DNA from: Thermoanaerobaculia bacterium
GTDB taxonomy: Bacteria; Acidobacteriota; Thermoanaerobaculia; Gp7-AA8
Direction: 5' to 3'
Assembly: GCA_046594105.1 (NCBI GenBank)
Contig: JBKJQB010000010.1
Coordinates: 14,096-78,095 of the forward strand
DNA: 64,000 nt
Shown here: positions 19,301-29,678 of the stretch, in pieces
Position numbering within the stretch: the first letter of the stretch is position 1
Layout of the letters: each line of letters starts with the position of its first letter
Notes under the pieces: model-generated
What the model was told of the DNA's origin: nothing
The model's input: only the letters and a program-made list of their open reading frames with translations
Databases searched by the model: none
Made by a program: the position numbers and the translations under genes

Positions 19301-19693
19301 CCGTCCGACGCGGCGGCCGTGTCGCTGACGGACACCCTGCCGGCGAACGCAACCTTCGTTTCCGCAACCCAAACCGGCGGCCCTGCCTTCAGCTGCACCA
19401 CCCCCGCACCGGGCGGAACGGGATTGGTCCTGTGTACCGCCCCCTCGCTGTCCGCCAGCTCGGTGGCCACATTCAACGTGGTGATTCGTCTCCCCATCAA
19501 CACACCGGTCGGCACGGTCATCACCAACAGCGCATCGGTCTCCTCGACGACGGCCGACGCCAATCCGGCGAACAACACGGCGAGCATCTCCACCACCTCG
19601 TCCACAGCGATTCCAACCCTTTCGCCTCTCACACTGGTTCTTCTCGGACTCGGCCTGGCCGCCGTGGCCGCCGTGGTTCTGCGCGGGAACTGA
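16352..19693 (+). CDS. DUF11 (conserved repeat domain) tandem-repeat surface protein with C-terminal IPTL-CTERM sorting signal
   Basis: Signal peptide, then about 10 repeats of ~110 aa (DLxVSKSGPASA...NVTYxISxTNNGPS...TFVSxTQNSGPAFxC...GTITCT...DPNxxNNS). C-terminus TSSTAIPTLSPLTLVLLGLGLAAVAAVVLRGN has IPTLS, a TM helix and a basic end. Confidence 0.75.
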   Translation: MFMRRFTKVFAVSTFLFAGFASSVHAQSADLLVSKSGPASANAGTNVPYSVSVMNLGPDNATSITLTDPIPAGMTFVSVTQNGGPAFSCTFPAVGAGGTVSCTAGTLTSGSTATFTFVFQISLMTPPGTIFTNTATVMTATLDPNSENNSSIASTQTPPPPQSDLYVSKSGPASAGPNTNVTYLITAGNAGPDTAMSVSLQDTLPGNMTFVSLTQTSGPAFICSKPAVNSGGTVTCTIASLNAGVSASFSLVTQVPTGTPSGTSYANNASISSATADPNAENQVSGSITVVVVADVSATKTASPTATAGGTVTYVVTATNGGPDQANNVALQDPLPGGVTFVSATQNSGPAGGCSTNTTGGTTTVFCSISALASGASAQFTIVGTIPSTATGTLNNTVTVSTDSYDSNLANNSATASTAVTTSADLAVTKSAPATAVTGANVTYTISLTNNGPSSASTVSLSDVLPAATTFVSSTQNSGPAFTCSTPSPGASGSITCTAATLVSGTTATFSFVVQIAASTPAGSVISNTASVSSSTSDPNAGNNSATASTTTSVSSDVSVNKTSPATSAAGSNITYTITVTNGGPSTATTLSLSDPLPANVTFVSESQTSGPAFVCATPGIGATGTITCTAATLAPGASSVFSLVVKLDPAVASGTTTSNTAAISSGSADSNPANNSSTTTVTASQSADLSVSKTGSATVTAGSNITYSVSLTNNGPSNAATVSLSDAIPANTTFVSAAPTSGPVSGPAFTCTSPAVGGTGTIVCSAPSLIAGGSVVFSIVVKTSPGANGTVISNTASAASATPDPVPANNSSTFGTSAGAVADLAIVKTAPATAIAGSNLTYSVTLTNNGPSDAAGVTFTDAIPANATFFSEAQTSGPAFTCTLPAAGGSGTISCTSPILATGASAIFSIVVRSSPAAPSGTVISNTVTTSSVSTDSTPANNTSTATTTVSTSADLGITKTGPASAGAGSDISYALTLTNFGPSDAAAVSLTDTLPANATFVSATQTGGPAFSCTTPAPGGTGLVLCTAPSLSASSVATFNVVIRLPINTPVGTVITNSASVSSTTADANPANNTASISTTSSTAIPTLSPLTLVLLGLGLAAVAAVVLRGN

Positions 19694-19726
19694 CGCGCAG
19701 AACCATAGACTGATCGTGGGCAACGA

Positions 19727-20737
19727 ATGACCATCATCCGAGTCACCGTCCTGAGCGGAGATGCCATCCGTCAGGGAGGCGTAGAGCTAATCGATGGATG
19801 GAGCTCCGACGGCGCGGAGAAGTTGTGGGTCGATATCCAGGAGCCGACGGAGGCCGATCTCGAAGCGCTCCTGGAAAAGCGTTTCGGCTTCCACGAGCTG
19901 GCGGCGGAAGACAGCATGTCCACCACCACCCTGCCGAAATACGACCGCTTCAAGAACTACGACTTCTTCATCTTCCGCGCGGTCGACGTCAATCTCAACG
20001 ACCACGGTTCGCAGACGTACAAGCTGGCTGCGTTTCTCGCAGCCAATTTTCTCTTCACGGTTCACCGCGAGCCGATGCTCGCAGTCGACGACGTGACGAA
20101 ACGACTTCCGGCCGACCGGCGGATTCTTGGCAACGGAACGGATTTTCTGCTCTACGCCATCGTGGACCAGATGGTGGATGCGCATTTTCCTCTGCTGGAG
20201 CGAATCGAAGAGTGCGTCGACACACTGCAGGAAACCATTTTCCAGTCCGCCAGGCCCGAGCATCTCGATGAGTTGCTCCACCTCAAGCGCGACATCAACG
20301 TCCTCCGACGCCAATCGATGCCCCAGCGCGAGCTGCTCAATCAGCTCTCACGCGGCGATGCGCAGTTCATCGCCAGCGATCACCTCATCTATTTTCGAGA
20401 CCTGTACGACCACATGTTCCGGATCAGCGAAACCATCGATGTGGAGCGCGACATGATGGCCGGCACCATGGAGGCCTACCTCTCCGTGGTGGCCAACCGG
20501 ACCAACGAGATCATGAAGGTGCTGACCGTCTTCTCCGCGATTATGCTGCCGCTGACGCTCATCGCCGGCGTCTACGGGATGAACTTCGCCCTCCTTCCCG
20601 AGTTGCACTGGCGCTTTGGATACTGGTACGCCCTTGGCCTGATGGCCACCACGGCCAGCTTCATGCTCTTCTGGTTCTGGCGGCGCGGATGGATTGGACA
20701 GGGCACCTCAGAATCGACGTTTCGGAAACGCCCCTGA
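19727..20737 (+). CDS. corA: Magnesium/cobalt transporter CorA
   Basis: C-terminal YGMNF signature followed by 2 TM helices. Cytoplasmic N-domain ~250 aa. Confidence 0.85.
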   Translation: MTIIRVTVLSGDAIRQGGVELIDGWSSDGAEKLWVDIQEPTEADLEALLEKRFGFHELAAEDSMSTTTLPKYDRFKNYDFFIFRAVDVNLNDHGSQTYKLAAFLAANFLFTVHREPMLAVDDVTKRLPADRRILGNGTDFLLYAIVDQMVDAHFPLLERIEECVDTLQETIFQSARPEHLDELLHLKRDINVLRRQSMPQRELLNQLSRGDAQFIASDHLIYFRDLYDHMFRISETIDVERDMMAGTMEAYLSVVANRTNEIMKVLTVFSAIMLPLTLIAGVYGMNFALLPELHWRFGYWYALGLMATTASFMLFWFWRRGWIGQGTSESTFRKRP

Positions 20738-21197
20738 TCGCCGGATGGGATTTGAGCGACCTGCGGAACCTGCCGCGAAGTCAGGGGCAACCTTTCGACG
20801 ACTGGAACAACTTCGTAACGCCACCCCGGCATGACTCACGATAAAAAGCTGATCGGGACTCTCTTCCTATCCCGCCAACGCCCCGCCCGCTATTTGAGAG
20901 GATTCCGCCATCATTTCTGACCCGTTCATCCAGAGACTCCAGCCGGAGGCACCAGCGCGTCAGAAGAGGGCGAGCGGCCCGCGATCGTCCCGGCCATGGC
21001 CGATCTTCCTCGCGCTCGCAGCCCTCGCCTGCGGCTGCACCACGGTCCGTTCCCGAGTCGACCAGGCTCGCCAGCCGGATGCGGGGAGCACTTCCTCCTC
21101 TCCCGCCCAGCCTTGGATACTACCGGCCGGCGCGCTTCCCCCACGCCACTCTTATCCATCGACAACCGCGCAACTCCCTGCCGGTCTGAAACCGGGG

Positions 21198-22430
21198 ATG
21201 CCGGTCTCTCTCGCGCAGATCGTCGATGTCGCGCTGGCCAACAATCCGTCGACCCGGATCGCCTGGCTGCAGGCGCGCGCGGCGCAGGAGGAGGTGGGCA
21301 GCCGGCGCGCGGCGTGGCTGCCCGAAGTCGACCTCAACGGATCGCTGGTCCGTTCACGATCTGCTGCGCAGCCCGGCCGCCCGAGCACCACCCAGACCAC
21401 CTTCGGTCCGTCGGTCGCCCTCAGTCTGCTGCTGTTCGATTTCGGTGGCCGGACCGCTCAGGTCGACGAGGCGCGTGCGGCGTTGATCTCGGCGAATCTT
21501 CTTCACAATCAGAGCATCCAGGACGTCCTCCTTCGTGCGGAAACCGCGTACTACCGCGTGCTCGATGGCATCGCCCTTCTGGCCGCTCAGGATTCCACCA
21601 TCAAGGAACGCCAGGCGTTTCTCGATGCGGCGGAAGCGCGGCACCGCGCCGGTGTCTCCACCATCGCCGACGTTCTGCAGGCGCGGACCGCGCTCTCCCA
21701 GGCGATGCTTGCTCGGGAGACGATCGAAGGGAATCTGCGAACCGCCGAGGGCCAGCTGGCTGCGGCGATGGGCCTATCGCCTGCTGTCCGCTTCGAGCTC
21801 GGAAGTCTGCCGCTGGAAGTCCCGGCCCTTGAGATCGAAAGCGCAGTGGAAGAACTCCTTGGGAACGCCGCGGTCAAGCGTCCCAACCTCAATGCGGCGC
21901 GGGCCGACGTCATGGCCGCCGAGGCCCGCTTGAAGGAAGTGCGCGCGCAAGGCCTGCCCTCCGTCAGTCTTTCCACTTCCGCCGGTCGTGTGTCCACTGG
22001 TGGCTCCGCCTCCGGCAGTCTGGGATATTCAGCCGGTGTCTTCGTTCGCTGGCCAATTTTCAGCGGCTTCCGGAACACCTACGACCTTCGTCAGGCTCAA
22101 CTCCGTGTGGAAGCACAACGCGAGAATGCGCGGCGTGTGGAACAGGATGTGAGTCTCGAGGTGTGGACCAGCTATCACGCTCTGCAGACCGCGTCCCAGC
22201 GGCTGGTCACGGTGCGCGACCTGCTCAAAAGCGCGCAGGAATCCGTGGATGTCGCCTCGGGACGGTATCGCGCCGGCGTGGGAAGCGTGATCGACCTGCT
22301 CACTGCGGAGGCCGCACTGGAAACTGCTCGCGCTGAGGAAGTCCGGGCGCGGACCGACTGGTTTCTCTCCCTGGCCCGGCTTGCTCACGACACCGGGACA
22401 CTCACTCCCGATACCATCCAAGGAAAATGA
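21198..22430 (+). CDS. TolC-like outer-membrane efflux protein (OEP family)
   Basis: Two repeats of the OEP coiled-coil/beta-barrel architecture. Mature N-terminus is ...IVDVALANNPS. An in-frame upstream extension (from ~20945) encodes a lipoprotein-type signal RSSRPWPIFLALAALACGC but has no ATG/GTG/TTG. Confidence 0.7.
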   Translation: MPVSLAQIVDVALANNPSTRIAWLQARAAQEEVGSRRAAWLPEVDLNGSLVRSRSAAQPGRPSTTQTTFGPSVALSLLLFDFGGRTAQVDEARAALISANLLHNQSIQDVLLRAETAYYRVLDGIALLAAQDSTIKERQAFLDAAEARHRAGVSTIADVLQARTALSQAMLARETIEGNLRTAEGQLAAAMGLSPAVRFELGSLPLEVPALEIESAVEELLGNAAVKRPNLNAARADVMAAEARLKEVRAQGLPSVSLSTSAGRVSTGGSASGSLGYSAGVFVRWPIFSGFRNTYDLRQAQLRVEAQRENARRVEQDVSLEVWTSYHALQTASQRLVTVRDLLKSAQESVDVASGRYRAGVGSVIDLLTAEAALETARAEEVRARTDWFLSLARLAHDTGTLTPDTIQGK

Positions 22431-23596
22431 ACGCGATGAGATTCATCGGTCCGCTGATTTCCGAGCCCAGCCCGTCCTCGGAATCGAATCCCAGGTTCCC
22501 TGCCCGACACTCGTTCCTGCTGATGGGAGCCGCCCTGGGGAGCCTGATCCTATCGGCCTGCGACAAGCCGAAGCCCAAGCCGCCAGAGGAACGCGTTCCG
22601 GTGACGGTGGCGGTGGCCCAGATGCGGGACGTCCCCCTGCAGATCCGGGTGATCGGCAGCGTGCAGGCCATCTCTACGGTGGCCGTGCGAGCACAGGTTG
22701 GTGGCCAGCTGACCCAGGTTCACTTCCGCGAAGGGCAGGATGTCCGCAGGGGACAGCCGCTGTTCACCATCGATTCGCGCCCGTACCGATCGGCGCTGGC
22801 CGCAGCAGAGGCGAATCTTGCACGCGATCAGGCGCAGTTGCGGAACGCCGAATCGGAAGCCTCCCGTTACGCGGGACTGGTCAAGAAGGACTACGTCACG
22901 CGGGAGGAGTACGAAAAGATCACCACCGGCGCTGAAGCCGCGCGGGCCGTGGTGGCGGCCGATCGGGCAGCCATTGAAAACGCCCGTCTGCAACTCTCCT
23001 ACTCCGACATCCGATCGCCCATCGACGGACGCACCGGCAGCCTGCAGCTTCAGGCTGGAAACCTCGTTCGCGCCAACGACGCCAATCCCCTGGTCACCAT
23101 CCTCCAGATCGCTCCCGTCTACGTCGACTTCGCGGTGCCGGAATCGCAGCTCGGCGACCTTCGCTCGCGAGGCCTGGGGAACGTACCGGTGACCGCCTCT
23201 CCGCAGGGGAGCGGAAAGGTGGTCGATGGCGGTCACCTGACCTTCGTCGACAACGCCGTCGACACGGCCACCGGCACCATTCATGTGAAAGCGACGTTCC
23301 CCAATCAGGATCGCTCTCTGTGGCCTGGTCAGTTTGTGAATGTAGCCATGACTCTGTCCAGTCGCGCAAACGCGGTGCTCATCCCCTCGCAGGCTGTGCA
23401 GTCGGGTCAGAAGGGACAATATGTTTACGTCGTCATGGAGGGCGGAAGCGTCGAGATGCGTTCCGTCTCTGTGTTTCGCGCCGTCGATCAGGAGTCGATC
23501 ATCGATCACGGGGTGTCGGCCGGCGAACGCGTGGTCACGGACGGCCAGTTACGCCTTTCGCCGAAGAGCAAAGTCGACATCAAGGGCGGGGCGTGA
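22427..23596 (+). CDS. RND efflux periplasmic adaptor (membrane fusion protein, HlyD/AcrA family)
   Basis: ATGA start/stop overlap with the upstream OEP gene. Lipobox LILSAC. Biotinyl-like barrel, coiled-coil hairpin and beta-barrel domain order. Confidence 0.85.
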   Translation: MNAMRFIGPLISEPSPSSESNPRFPARHSFLLMGAALGSLILSACDKPKPKPPEERVPVTVAVAQMRDVPLQIRVIGSVQAISTVAVRAQVGGQLTQVHFREGQDVRRGQPLFTIDSRPYRSALAAAEANLARDQAQLRNAESEASRYAGLVKKDYVTREEYEKITTGAEAARAVVAADRAAIENARLQLSYSDIRSPIDGRTGSLQLQAGNLVRANDANPLVTILQIAPVYVDFAVPESQLGDLRSRGLGNVPVTASPQGSGKVVDGGHLTFVDNAVDTATGTIHVKATFPNQDRSLWPGQFVNVAMTLSSRANAVLIPSQAVQSGQKGQYVYVVMEGGSVEMRSVSVFRAVDQESIIDHGVSAGERVVTDGQLRLSPKSKVDIKGGA

Positions 23597-23687
23597 GCGG
23601 GGCGCAGCAAACAGCAGCGACCTTTGAAGCGAGGTTTCCCCGCGCAGAAGACTCCACGCCGTGCCACTGCATCCTGAGGGCGGCGTC

Positions 23688-26600
23688 ATGAACATCTCCG
23701 CGTTCTTCATCAAACGCCCGGTCATGACCACGCTGGTGATGCTGGCCATCATCGTCTTCGGCGTGATGGCATATCACCAGCTGCCGGTGAGCGATCTGCC
23801 CAATGTCGACTTCCCGACCATTCAGGTCTCGGCCTCGCTGCCCGGCGCCAGTCCGGAGACGATGGCGGCATCGGTGGCCACTCCGCTGGAGCGGCAGTTC
23901 TCGACCATCGCCGGGCTGGACTCCATGAACTCCGCCTCCGCGCTGGGGACGACCTCCATCACCCTGCAGTTCAATCTCTCCCGGGACCTCGATGCCGCTG
24001 CCCAGGACGTGCAGGCCGCCATCGCAGCCGCTGCCAGGCAGCTGCCGCCGAACATGCCCTCGCCTCCTTCCTACAACAAGGTCAATCCCGCGGACTCGCC
24101 GGTGATTTACCTTGCCCTGACCTCGGACACGCTACCGCTCTACCAGCTCGACGAGTACGCCGAAACGATGATGGCGCAGCGGATCTCCACCATCCAGGGC
24201 GTCGCTCAGGTGCAGGTGTACGGTGCGCAGAAATACGCGGTGCGGGTGCAGCTCGATCCGCGCGAGATCGCCACCCGTGGCATCGGGATCGATGAGGTTG
24301 CCGCCGCACTGCGCAGCAGCAACGTCAACCTGCCCACCGGCGTGCTCAATGGTCCCTACACTGCGTATACCGTTCAGGCCAACGGTCAGCTTTTCCGGGC
24401 CGAGGACTACCGGCGCATCACGGTGGCCTATCGCAACGGCGCACCGGTCCATCTCGGAGAGCTGGGCCGCGTGCTCGACGACGTGGAGAACGACCAGACC
24501 GCCGCCTGGTTCCGCGACAAACGCGGCTTCGTGCTTGCGGTGCAGAAGCAGCCCGGCACCAACGCGGTCGAGGTCTCCGACCGCGTGCGAGCGCTTCTGC
24601 CGACCTTCCGCAGGGAGTTGCCGGCGTCGGTCCACCTGGACATTCACCGCGACCGCGCCGAGTCCATCCGAGCCTCGGTGGGAGACGTGAAGTTCACACT
24701 CGTCCTGACGCTCTTCCTGGTGATCCTGGTGATCTTCCTCTTCCTTCGGAACGTCTCCGCCACGGTGATTCCCAGCCTGGCCCTGCCACTGTCAATCGTG
24801 GCCACCTTCGGGGTGATGTACCTATTCGATTACTCGCTCGACAACCTCTCGCTGATGGCACTGACACTCTCGGTAGGCTTCGTGGTCGACGACGCCATCG
24901 TCATGCTCGAGAACATCGTTCGGCACATGGAGATGGGCGAGCCACCTCTGACTGCGGCATTGAACGGGTCGAAGGAAATCGGATTCACCATCATCTCCAT
25001 GACCATCTCCCTCGCCGCGGTGTTCATCCCCATCCTGTTCATGGGCGGGATTCTGGGGCGGCTGTTTCACGAGTTTGCGGTAACCATCGGCGCCGCGATT
25101 CTGGTTTCCGGCTTCGTCTCGCTTTCGCTCACACCGCTGCTGGCGGCGAAGTTTCTGCGCCCACCCGGGAAGGAGCAGCACGGACGCCTCTACCAGAGCA
25201 CCGAGCGATTCTTCGACTGGATGCTGCACAGCTACGAGCGCGGCCTGAAGACGGCCCTGCGCTTCCGCGCCCTGACCATGCTGATCTCCGCGATCATCCT
25301 GGCGGCGACCGTGTGGTTGTTCACGGCCGTACCCAAAGGCTTCATTCCGAACGAGGATGCCAGCGAGGTGCGCATCAGCCTGGAAGCCGCGCAGGGGATC
25401 TCCTTCCCCGATCTGGTGCGCCATCAGCTGCAGGCCATGGCCATCGTCATCCGGGACCCGAACGTGGCCACGTTCTTCTCCTTTGCCGGAGGCCGCGGCG
25501 GCGCGTCCAATACGGGCCTCATCTCGCTGCGTCTGGTGCCGAGATCGAAGCGCGTCTCCATCGATCAGGTGATCGCCGGACTACGGCCGAAGCTCAACGC
25601 CATTCCTGGACTGAGGGTCACCCTGCAGAACCCGCCGCCCATCCGGCTGGGCGGCCGGCAAGCCAATTCGCAATATCAGTACACGCTGCAATCGTCCGAC
25701 ACTGCAGCGCTGTATCCCGCCGGTCAGGAGATGCTCGACAGGATGCGCAAGCTCCCCGGCTTCGAGGACGTCAGTACCGATCTGCTGCTGCGCAACCCCA
25801 CCGTCGGAGTGAACATCGATCGCGACCGGATCGCCGCTCTGGGGTTGAACATGCAGCAGGTCCAGGACGCCCTGTTCTCTGCGTACGGCACTCGCCAGAT
25901 CTCCACCATCTACGCGCCCACCAACGCGTACGCGGTCATCATGGAGCTCGATCCGAAATACCAGACCGGTCCGCAGGCCCTGTCCATGCTCTACGTCCGC
26001 GCGCCCTCTGGCGAGATGATCCCGCTGTCCACTCTGGCGAAGTTCGTCCCCACCTACGGACCCACCTCGGTCAACCACTCCGGGCAGCTGCCGTCGGTGA
26101 CCATCTCCTTCAACCTCAAGCCCGGAGTGTCCCTCGGCGAGGCCGTGGACGCCGTCAACAAGACCGCAAAGGCGACGCTCCCGTCTTCCGTCACCACGGC
26201 GTTCCAGGGCACCGCTCAGGCCTTCCAGTCCTCACTCCAGGGACTGGGACTGCTGCTGCTCATCGCCATCGCGGTCATCTACCTGGTCCTGGGCATCCTC
26301 TACGAAAGCTTCATCCATCCGCTGACCATTCTCTCGGCGCTGCCCTTTGCGGGATTCGGGGCGTTGCTCACGCTGATGATCTTCCGCGTCGATCTCTCGA
26401 TCTACGCCTTCGTCGGAATCATCATGCTGGTGGGGCTGGTCAAGAAAAACGGGATCATGATGGTCGACTTCGCCATCGAAGCCGAGAAGAACGGCGCGTC
26501 GCCGGAACAGGCGATTTACGAAGCCTGCGTGGTGCGCTTCCGTCCGATCATGATGACCACCATGGCCGCTCTCATGGGCACCCTGCCGATCGCCGTGGGG

Positions 26601-26810
26601 TTTGGCGCTGGCGCGGAATCGCGCCGACCCCTGGGCCTCGCCGTCGTCGGGGGCCTGCTGTTCTCACAGACTCTCACCCTGTACGTCACGCCGGTTTTCT
26701 ACCTGTACATGGACAAGCTGCACCGGAAGCCGGACGGAAACTCGATCGGCGGGCCCGGCTCCTTGAACGATCTCGAGCTGCTCGCGGAGCCTGAACCGGT
26801 CGAGGTTTGA
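23688..26810 (+). CDS. RND multidrug efflux permease (AcrB/HAE1 family)
   Basis: MNISAFFIKRPVMTTLVMLAIIVFGVMAY... N-terminus. 12-TM topology with two large periplasmic loops. 1040 aa. Confidence 0.9.
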   Translation: MNISAFFIKRPVMTTLVMLAIIVFGVMAYHQLPVSDLPNVDFPTIQVSASLPGASPETMAASVATPLERQFSTIAGLDSMNSASALGTTSITLQFNLSRDLDAAAQDVQAAIAAAARQLPPNMPSPPSYNKVNPADSPVIYLALTSDTLPLYQLDEYAETMMAQRISTIQGVAQVQVYGAQKYAVRVQLDPREIATRGIGIDEVAAALRSSNVNLPTGVLNGPYTAYTVQANGQLFRAEDYRRITVAYRNGAPVHLGELGRVLDDVENDQTAAWFRDKRGFVLAVQKQPGTNAVEVSDRVRALLPTFRRELPASVHLDIHRDRAESIRASVGDVKFTLVLTLFLVILVIFLFLRNVSATVIPSLALPLSIVATFGVMYLFDYSLDNLSLMALTLSVGFVVDDAIVMLENIVRHMEMGEPPLTAALNGSKEIGFTIISMTISLAAVFIPILFMGGILGRLFHEFAVTIGAAILVSGFVSLSLTPLLAAKFLRPPGKEQHGRLYQSTERFFDWMLHSYERGLKTALRFRALTMLISAIILAATVWLFTAVPKGFIPNEDASEVRISLEAAQGISFPDLVRHQLQAMAIVIRDPNVATFFSFAGGRGGASNTGLISLRLVPRSKRVSIDQVIAGLRPKLNAIPGLRVTLQNPPPIRLGGRQANSQYQYTLQSSDTAALYPAGQEMLDRMRKLPGFEDVSTDLLLRNPTVGVNIDRDRIAALGLNMQQVQDALFSAYGTRQISTIYAPTNAYAVIMELDPKYQTGPQALSMLYVRAPSGEMIPLSTLAKFVPTYGPTSVNHSGQLPSVTISFNLKPGVSLGEAVDAVNKTAKATLPSSVTTAFQGTAQAFQSSLQGLGLLLLIAIAVIYLVLGILYESFIHPLTILSALPFAGFGALLTLMIFRVDLSIYAFVGIIMLVGLVKKNGIMMVDFAIEAEKNGASPEQAIYEACVVRFRPIMMTTMAALMGTLPIAVGFGAGAESRRPLGLAVVGGLLFSQTLTLYVTPVFYLYMDKLHRKPDGNSIGGPGSLNDLELLAEPEPVEV

Positions 26811-27063
26811 GTTCTCGCCGTCGAGCAAAAATCAGTTGGCTGGGGGAAGGCTTCCGGCAGCAACGGTGGTCGGGCGGCTTTGCCCTCCGTTCCGCCGAGG
26901 ATTGGGACGTCGATCATCAAGGGCGGCGGCGGCGGTCACACACCCCATCGCGAAAGGGGTCATGGCAATCACAAACAGCAGAGTTCGGCGCATGGGGAGA
27001 TCCTCCTCATCAACTTACCATTGGGGCCTGAATCGCTGAGTTTCACTCGCGGAATGGGGACTC

Positions 27064-27092
27064 TTGACAGAATTTCTGCCCGGACATATTGT
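27064..27092 (+). promoter_or_regulatory. Sigma-70-like promoter for groES (-35 TTGACA, 17-nt spacer, -10 TATTGT)
   Basis: cTTGACAgaatttctgcccggacaTATTGTtagcactc. The -10 element abuts the CIRCE left arm. Confidence 0.5.
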
Positions 27093-27118
27093 TAGCACTC
27101 TCAGTGAACGAGTGCTAA
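27092..27118 (+). promoter_or_regulatory. CIRCE operator (HrcA binding site)
   Basis: TTAGCACTC-tcagtgaac-GAGTGCTAA is a perfect match to the TTAGCACTC-N9-GAGTGCTAA consensus, 85 nt upstream of groES. Confidence 0.9.
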
Positions 27119-27202
27119 CACAGACCGCTTCCTGAGCCATCAGCAGCACACGCGGCAGATCTGCCGCGCGACCAATCAAAGAGCATCAGCGAAAGGAGAT
27201 TT

Positions 27203-27499
27203 ATGGCTTCCATGAAACTGCGTCCCCTCTACGACCGCATCGTGGTCCGGCGGAAGGATGCGAAAGAGCAGGTCCGCGGAGGGATCATCATCCCTGACAC
27301 CGCGAAGGAAAAGCCCCAGGAGGCGGAGGTCATCGCCGTGGGAGAAGGAAAGTTTTCTGACGACGGAAAGCGCATGAAGCTCGACGTCAAGAAGGGCGAC
27401 ACGATCCTGATCGGGAAGTACTCCGGCACGGAGATCAAGATCGACGACATCGAGTACACCATCCTCCGCGAGGACGAAGTTCTCGCCGTCGTGGACTAA
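27203..27499 (+). CDS. groES: Co-chaperonin GroES
   Basis: [14 protein letters not shown]...[22 protein letters not shown]. 98 aa. Confidence 0.95.
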   Translation: MASMKLRPLYDRIVVRRKDAKEQVRGGIIIPDTAKEKPQEAEVIAVGEGKFSDDGKRMKLDVKKGDTILIGKYSGTEIKIDDIEYTILREDEVLAVVD

Positions 27500-27564
27500 G
27501 AGACATTCCCCGATCGGCGCTGCTGAGGACGGGACCTTTCCCGCTCCCCTCGACGCCGGCCTGA

Positions 27565-29235
<1,671 letters not shown>

Positions 29236-29260
29236 GAAACGCAGCTCTTCGGAGCGGTGG

Positions 29261-29298
29261 AAAACGGGCGGGCCGAAAGGTCCGCCCGTTTTCTTTTG
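29261..29298 (+). terminator. Rho-independent terminator after groEL
   Basis: aaaacgggcgggccgaaaggtccgcccgttttcttttgg, i.e. a GC-rich hairpin followed by a T tract. Confidence 0.85.
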
Positions 29299-29602
29299 GA
29301 ATTCGGGCCGATCGCTGCCTTCCAACGAGGCGAATTCCCCTTGCTGCATCCGGATCGGCGTCAGTGGCCACAGTTCTTTGGGAGACCCACAAATAGAGTT
29401 CCACATCTCAACGGGGCGGCCCCCCGGTTCACCGGCGTGAAGACCACACAGCCCAACCGAGCAGCACTCGAGTACTGGGCCACCGGACTGGAGCCTGCCT
29501 ATCTGGGAGGCGTTCTGGCGCGGGCACGCTCCGAGGTCTAACGCGACCGCCGAAGCAGACCCAATACTGAGGGTTTGACGGCGGAAGTGGATCAAAACAA
29601 AA

Positions 29603-29632
29603 GGGGCAGCGACGAATCGCTGCCCCTTCGCT
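29603..29632 (-). terminator. Rho-independent terminator downstream of the PAS-GGDEF-EAL gene (minus strand)
   Basis: Plus strand caaaacaaaaggggcagcgacgaatcgctgcccctt. On the minus strand the hairpin is followed by ttttgttttg. Confidence 0.6.
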
Positions 29633-29678
29633 ACGCGCCGGGACCTCGGAGGAGGCAACCCAGCTACCATCTCCTCGA

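Noticed and set aside
17410-19767. Multiple 60-240-aa ORFs in other frames and on the minus strand inside the DUF11 repeat gene
   Set aside because: They are frame artefacts of the ~330-nt periodic repeat. Only the 16352-19693 frame gives coherent repeats with a signal peptide and sorting tail.
26817-26993. 59-aa minus-strand ORF with a lipoprotein-like N-terminus (MRRTLLFVIAMTPFAMGC...) upstream of groES
   Set aside because: Below the size cutoff, only moderate GC3 bias, weak lipobox (A at -3), no SD. Possible small lipoprotein but not supportable from sequence alone.
29257-29541. 94-aa plus-strand ORF in the groEL / GGDEF-EAL convergent intergenic region
   Set aside because: It sits between two terminators, has no SD and no coding-like periodicity.
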